From: Candidatus Latescibacterota bacterium
GTDB taxonomy: Bacteria > Latescibacterota > UBA2968 > UBA8231
Direction: 5' to 3'
Assembly: GCA_965197905.1 (NCBI GenBank)
Contig: CBDAOB010000005.1
Coordinates: 2,592,001 to 2,656,000 of the forward strand
Length of the DNA stretch: 64,000 nt
Positions 60,611 through 64,000 of this stretch are shown here, piece by piece. Within the stretch, counting starts at the first letter, position 1; each line of letters opens with the position of its first letter. The notes below the pieces were generated by a model. It saw only the letters and a list, made by a program, of their open reading frames with translations, was not told where the DNA came from and did not search any database. The position numbers and the translations under genes are program-made.

Positions 60611-63600
60611 TTAGCACAGCAACAGAAGCTTGCGGGTTTGATCGAACCTGCCCGCCCTGAGACGCACCATGTACACGCCGCTGGCCGCCGATCGGCCACC
60701 ATCGTCGAACCCGTCCCACTGCACAGAGTGGAATCCGGGTTCCCAGCCGTTCAAGTTCCATGTTCGCATTCTCTGTCCGAGCACGTTGTATATACTCAGC
60801 TCGATATTGGGTTCCTCCGCGGAACTGGTCAAGGAGGGAACCGCGACCGGCAGGGTGGTGCTGGGATTGAACGGATTGGGATAGTTCGGATGTAACGCAA
60901 ATGCGGTCGGGACTACTTTGGCAAATGCCAGTTGCTCCACTCTCCACGCGCGCCCTGCGCCGCGCCCTACGAGACCTTCTTCCACCACGAATTCCACGTT
61001 TCGCGGTGGTCCCTGGAGCCGGAAGAGCAGATCGACGCCAACGTCGTTGCCCAGCTCAACGGCGGACTGCCGCCCTTTGACGTGGTCGGCAAAAGCGAAA
61101 ACGCCGCCTTCCTCATGTACGAGATGGAGGCGCGTCTCGCGGCCACCCAATGCGAGCGCCGTGTCGACCGTTCCCACGTACTGCAGGATCGGAGGATCTG
61201 TTCGTACCGAAAACCCGTAACCCGTGAGTTTCGGCAGCTCGTGGAGGCGCAAACGCAAAGCCACCTGCCCATCATGGAACGCCTCCGCCCGCAGCTGAAG
61301 ATTCGAACCTTTGGCGACTTCCGCCCCTTGAGAATTGGCCAGCTTGCTGGTGTTGGTTTCTCCGAACTTCTGCTTGAGAATGCCCAGATCGGAGGACCCG
61401 ACTTGTCCGTCCCGATCCAGGTCGAGAATAGGATCTGCGCTGCCGAAACCGTTCGCCAGAATGAAGAAATCCCCGAAGGACACGCGGCCGTCGCCGTTGA
61501 AATCCTCGAAGGTGAGAGCGGCTGACGCCTGATTGGGCCTCAACCGGACAGGCTCACTCCACGGCCCCTCGAACTGCCCGTCGAAAACGCGGGCGCGCCA
61601 CCAGTAGGAGCGCGTCCGCACCAGATCCTTGTCGACCCGCCAACGGGTGGAACCTCCGAACCCTTCCGGGATATTCCCCTCCCTTGCGACGATGGTCGTG
61701 AAGTTCGAGCTCGTGGAGATGTGCACGGTGTAGGTCAGTTCCGCCCCGGCATCTACCGGAACGGCGTTCTGGATCACGAGAATCGGCCGCTGCGGCTCAG
61801 CACCTTGCTCGAGGCCGAGAATCATCGGCGTGCCGGAGACCAGATCGACCGACGGCGTACCTTCGGCAATCGAGCTCTGCTCGCTTTCGTTGGGAGGTGA
61901 CTGGTTGTCGGAAGCGGAAATGCGGTAGCGATAGACCTGACCGTCCACCAGTCCCTGATCTAGGAACCGCGGTTCCGTAAGATTGGTGGCCACGGCTTCG
62001 AAGGTTCCGTTCTGCTCGCGGTAGACGCTGTATCCGGTGAGATCCTCCTCGGTGTTGGGCTCCCAAACCACCAGATTTGCCCCGGAACCCGGAAGCACGG
62101 AAACGGCGTCGGGAATCGCGGGAGGCTCCCCATCCGGATCGGATCTGGTAGCGAAGCTCATCACGGCAGTTACCGTAGGTCCGTTGCCGGCGCGGTCCGA
62201 TGAGCCAACTCGGTAATGATAAGTAGTATTGGGCTCGAGATTCGTCAGCAGCACCCTGTGTTGCACGTCGTCCACTGGGTCGCCGATTACGGAGCCCAGA
62301 TAGGGAGACTCGTCGAAGTCGACATACGAGTCGGCGAGCTCGTCGGTGGTCCAGGTGATGGTGGCGCTTCGGTCGGTTATGGCGACTTCATGGGGACCGT
62401 CCACGATGCGCGGTGGCTCCAGATCGGGGCCGGAATCCGTCTGCGTGCGGACCAGAAACGGTTCCGGTGTCTCGTTCTGGCTGGCGTCGACGAAACTCAT
62501 TCTAAACACGTACTCCGTATTTGCGGTCAGGTTGGTAATTGTGGTCTGCTGGACGTTTTGCCGCACAATGACCTCGTGAGTGAACAGCTCGCCCTCTGCG
62601 TCTTCGTACTCGATGGTGGCGGCAGCGGCCTCGTCCGTGCGCCACGCCAGCACTACTTCATCATCGGTTTGCGCGACCACCCGCGGCTCTTCGACCAGTC
62701 TTGGCGGTGAGAAGTCGGTTTCCACGCCGGTAGATACGATCGCCTTGGAACTGGTAGCCGCTCCGTTCCCGGAAGGATCGGTGGATTCCGCCTGGAAGTG
62801 GTAGCGTTGGCCGGACGTCAGGTTGGTCAGGGTCACCACATGGCTTTGCACGTCCTGAGCGTTTCCAACGATCTGATCCAGCTCTTCGGTGGTGCCGAAA
62901 CGGATGAAACTGTCGGCTACCTCGTCCGTTTCCCACGCTACCGTAAAGGAGTCGGCGGTTTTTTCAAGAATTCTAGGAGCGCCGGTTATAATCGGCAGCT
63001 GGGTGTCGGCGAAGCTGTCCGTGACGAAGAAACCGTCACCACCCGGCGGTTGCAGGATCTTGCCGGACCCTCCCTCTATCAGCTTTTGCAGAAACTGCGA
63101 TTGCCCTCGTCGGGCGCGGTTGCCGGCACGGTCGCGACATTCGATGATGAAGTTGTATCCCGTTCGAGGACGGAGCTTGGTGAGACGCAGGCTGTGATCG
63201 GTCACGAACTCATTGCTGGACACCTGGCCGCGAATCAAACCTCTTCGCGAGAAACCGAAGAACCTAACTCGCGAGGTAGCGCGCTCATTGGTCTTCCAGC
63301 GTATGACGGCCGTCCGATTCGTCCAGTTGACCTTCATTCTCCCGATGTGGGGGGCTTGCGGTCCGGAAGAGACTGGGTCCGGAATCGCAGCTCGACGCTG
63401 TGCAGCTCGGTGCCAGCAGGATCGGAGCTCGCCAGATTTCCGGACAGGTCTGCGCTGGAGACGACAGCCTCGTATTCGGTGCCTGGCTCCAGGTTCGGAA
63501 TGACCATCCGATGCCTCTGGACCTGGGCCCCGTTTTCCAGGCGTCCGCTGCGCCCGCCGGCCTGTTCGGCCTCATCGGTGTCTACTACTTTGGCGGAGGG

Positions 63601-64000
63601 GCCCAGGGCGTTCCATTCCACGATCGACGAGGACGGTTCGTCCGTATCCCACACGACCGTTACGCCGTTGGGGGTCCGCGCCACGAAACGTGCCGGCGGC
63701 GAGGAGATGATCGCCGGTGGGGTCGTGTCCGGAATCGACTTCGTCTTGAAGCCGATCGGTCCGCTGCTGGTCTTGTTGCCAGCCACATCGGTGACCTCAA
63801 CCGTCGCGCTGTATTCCCGATCCGGCTCCAAGGGTGAAAGGACCAGTCGGTGAGTGGTCCGAAAGTTTGGATCGACTGTGGTCCTGCTGTGGCCGTCCAG
63901 GACATAAGGCAGCGCAATGGCGGCGGGCTCGTCGGTGCTGGTCTCGATAACGGCGTCGCTGGTCGTGGTGGAGACGACGATGGGGCCGGTGTTTATATCG
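60611..64000 (-). CDS. Large secreted FN3-repeat protein with dockerin-like, cohesin-like and FlgD-Ig domains (5' end beyond window; frameshift at C6 run ~63349-63354)
   Basis: Frame open from 63999. Adding one C joins 63334..63831 to 60611..63337. Repeated WxTDE...H...LxNL.P...Y FN3 units; DFNGDGRVSFGDF...DLDRDGQVGSSDL; LTGYGFSVRTDP; HPNYPNPFNPST. Confidence 0.82.

Noticed and set aside
1..64000. CRISPR arrays, tRNA/rRNA, transposases, prophage or defence genes; programmed frameshifting as a general explanation of the split genes
   Set aside because: No regularly spaced repeats or diagnostic motifs seen by eye; the shift sites share no slippery heptamer or common direction.

Overview
A gene-dense, fairly GC-rich bacterial chromosomal region with no rRNA, tRNA, CRISPR array or mobile element that I can recognise. 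The gene content suggests an FCB-group organism, perhaps Latescibacterota-like (inference): many secreted proteins ending in an (N)YPNPFN FlgD-Ig/CTD-like domain, futalosine-pathway mqnB/mqnD, a DGGGP-synthase-like UbiA protein and an anaerobic sulfatase maturase. Housekeeping genes include mutM, clpP, HU, hisS, ppk1, dapA, dapB and a short purH. The most notable items are: (1) several very large secreted proteins combining cohesin-like, dockerin-like and FlgD-Ig modules, two of them transcribed divergently from a pair of sigma54-type promoters around a shared tandem enhancer-like site; (2) a cobalamin riboswitch with an intrinsic terminator upstream of a stand-alone secreted beta-propeller; (3) a tight five-gene operon linking a PglB/STT3 oligosaccharyltransferase to a chorismate lyase, a GT-C-like membrane protein, an SDR and a triple-DUF5069 protein; (4) a hidden CxxC-membrane/zinc-finger/rhodanese fusion next to a siroheme-pathway gene; (5) an ~840-aa orphan with poly-D/E and poly-G tracts. 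Eight frameshifts in seven genes (four clearly in homopolymer runs) and one in-frame TAA split otherwise intact genes. These are most simply long-read assembly errors, and I annotated the genes as joined. All family calls come from motif recognition, not database searches.
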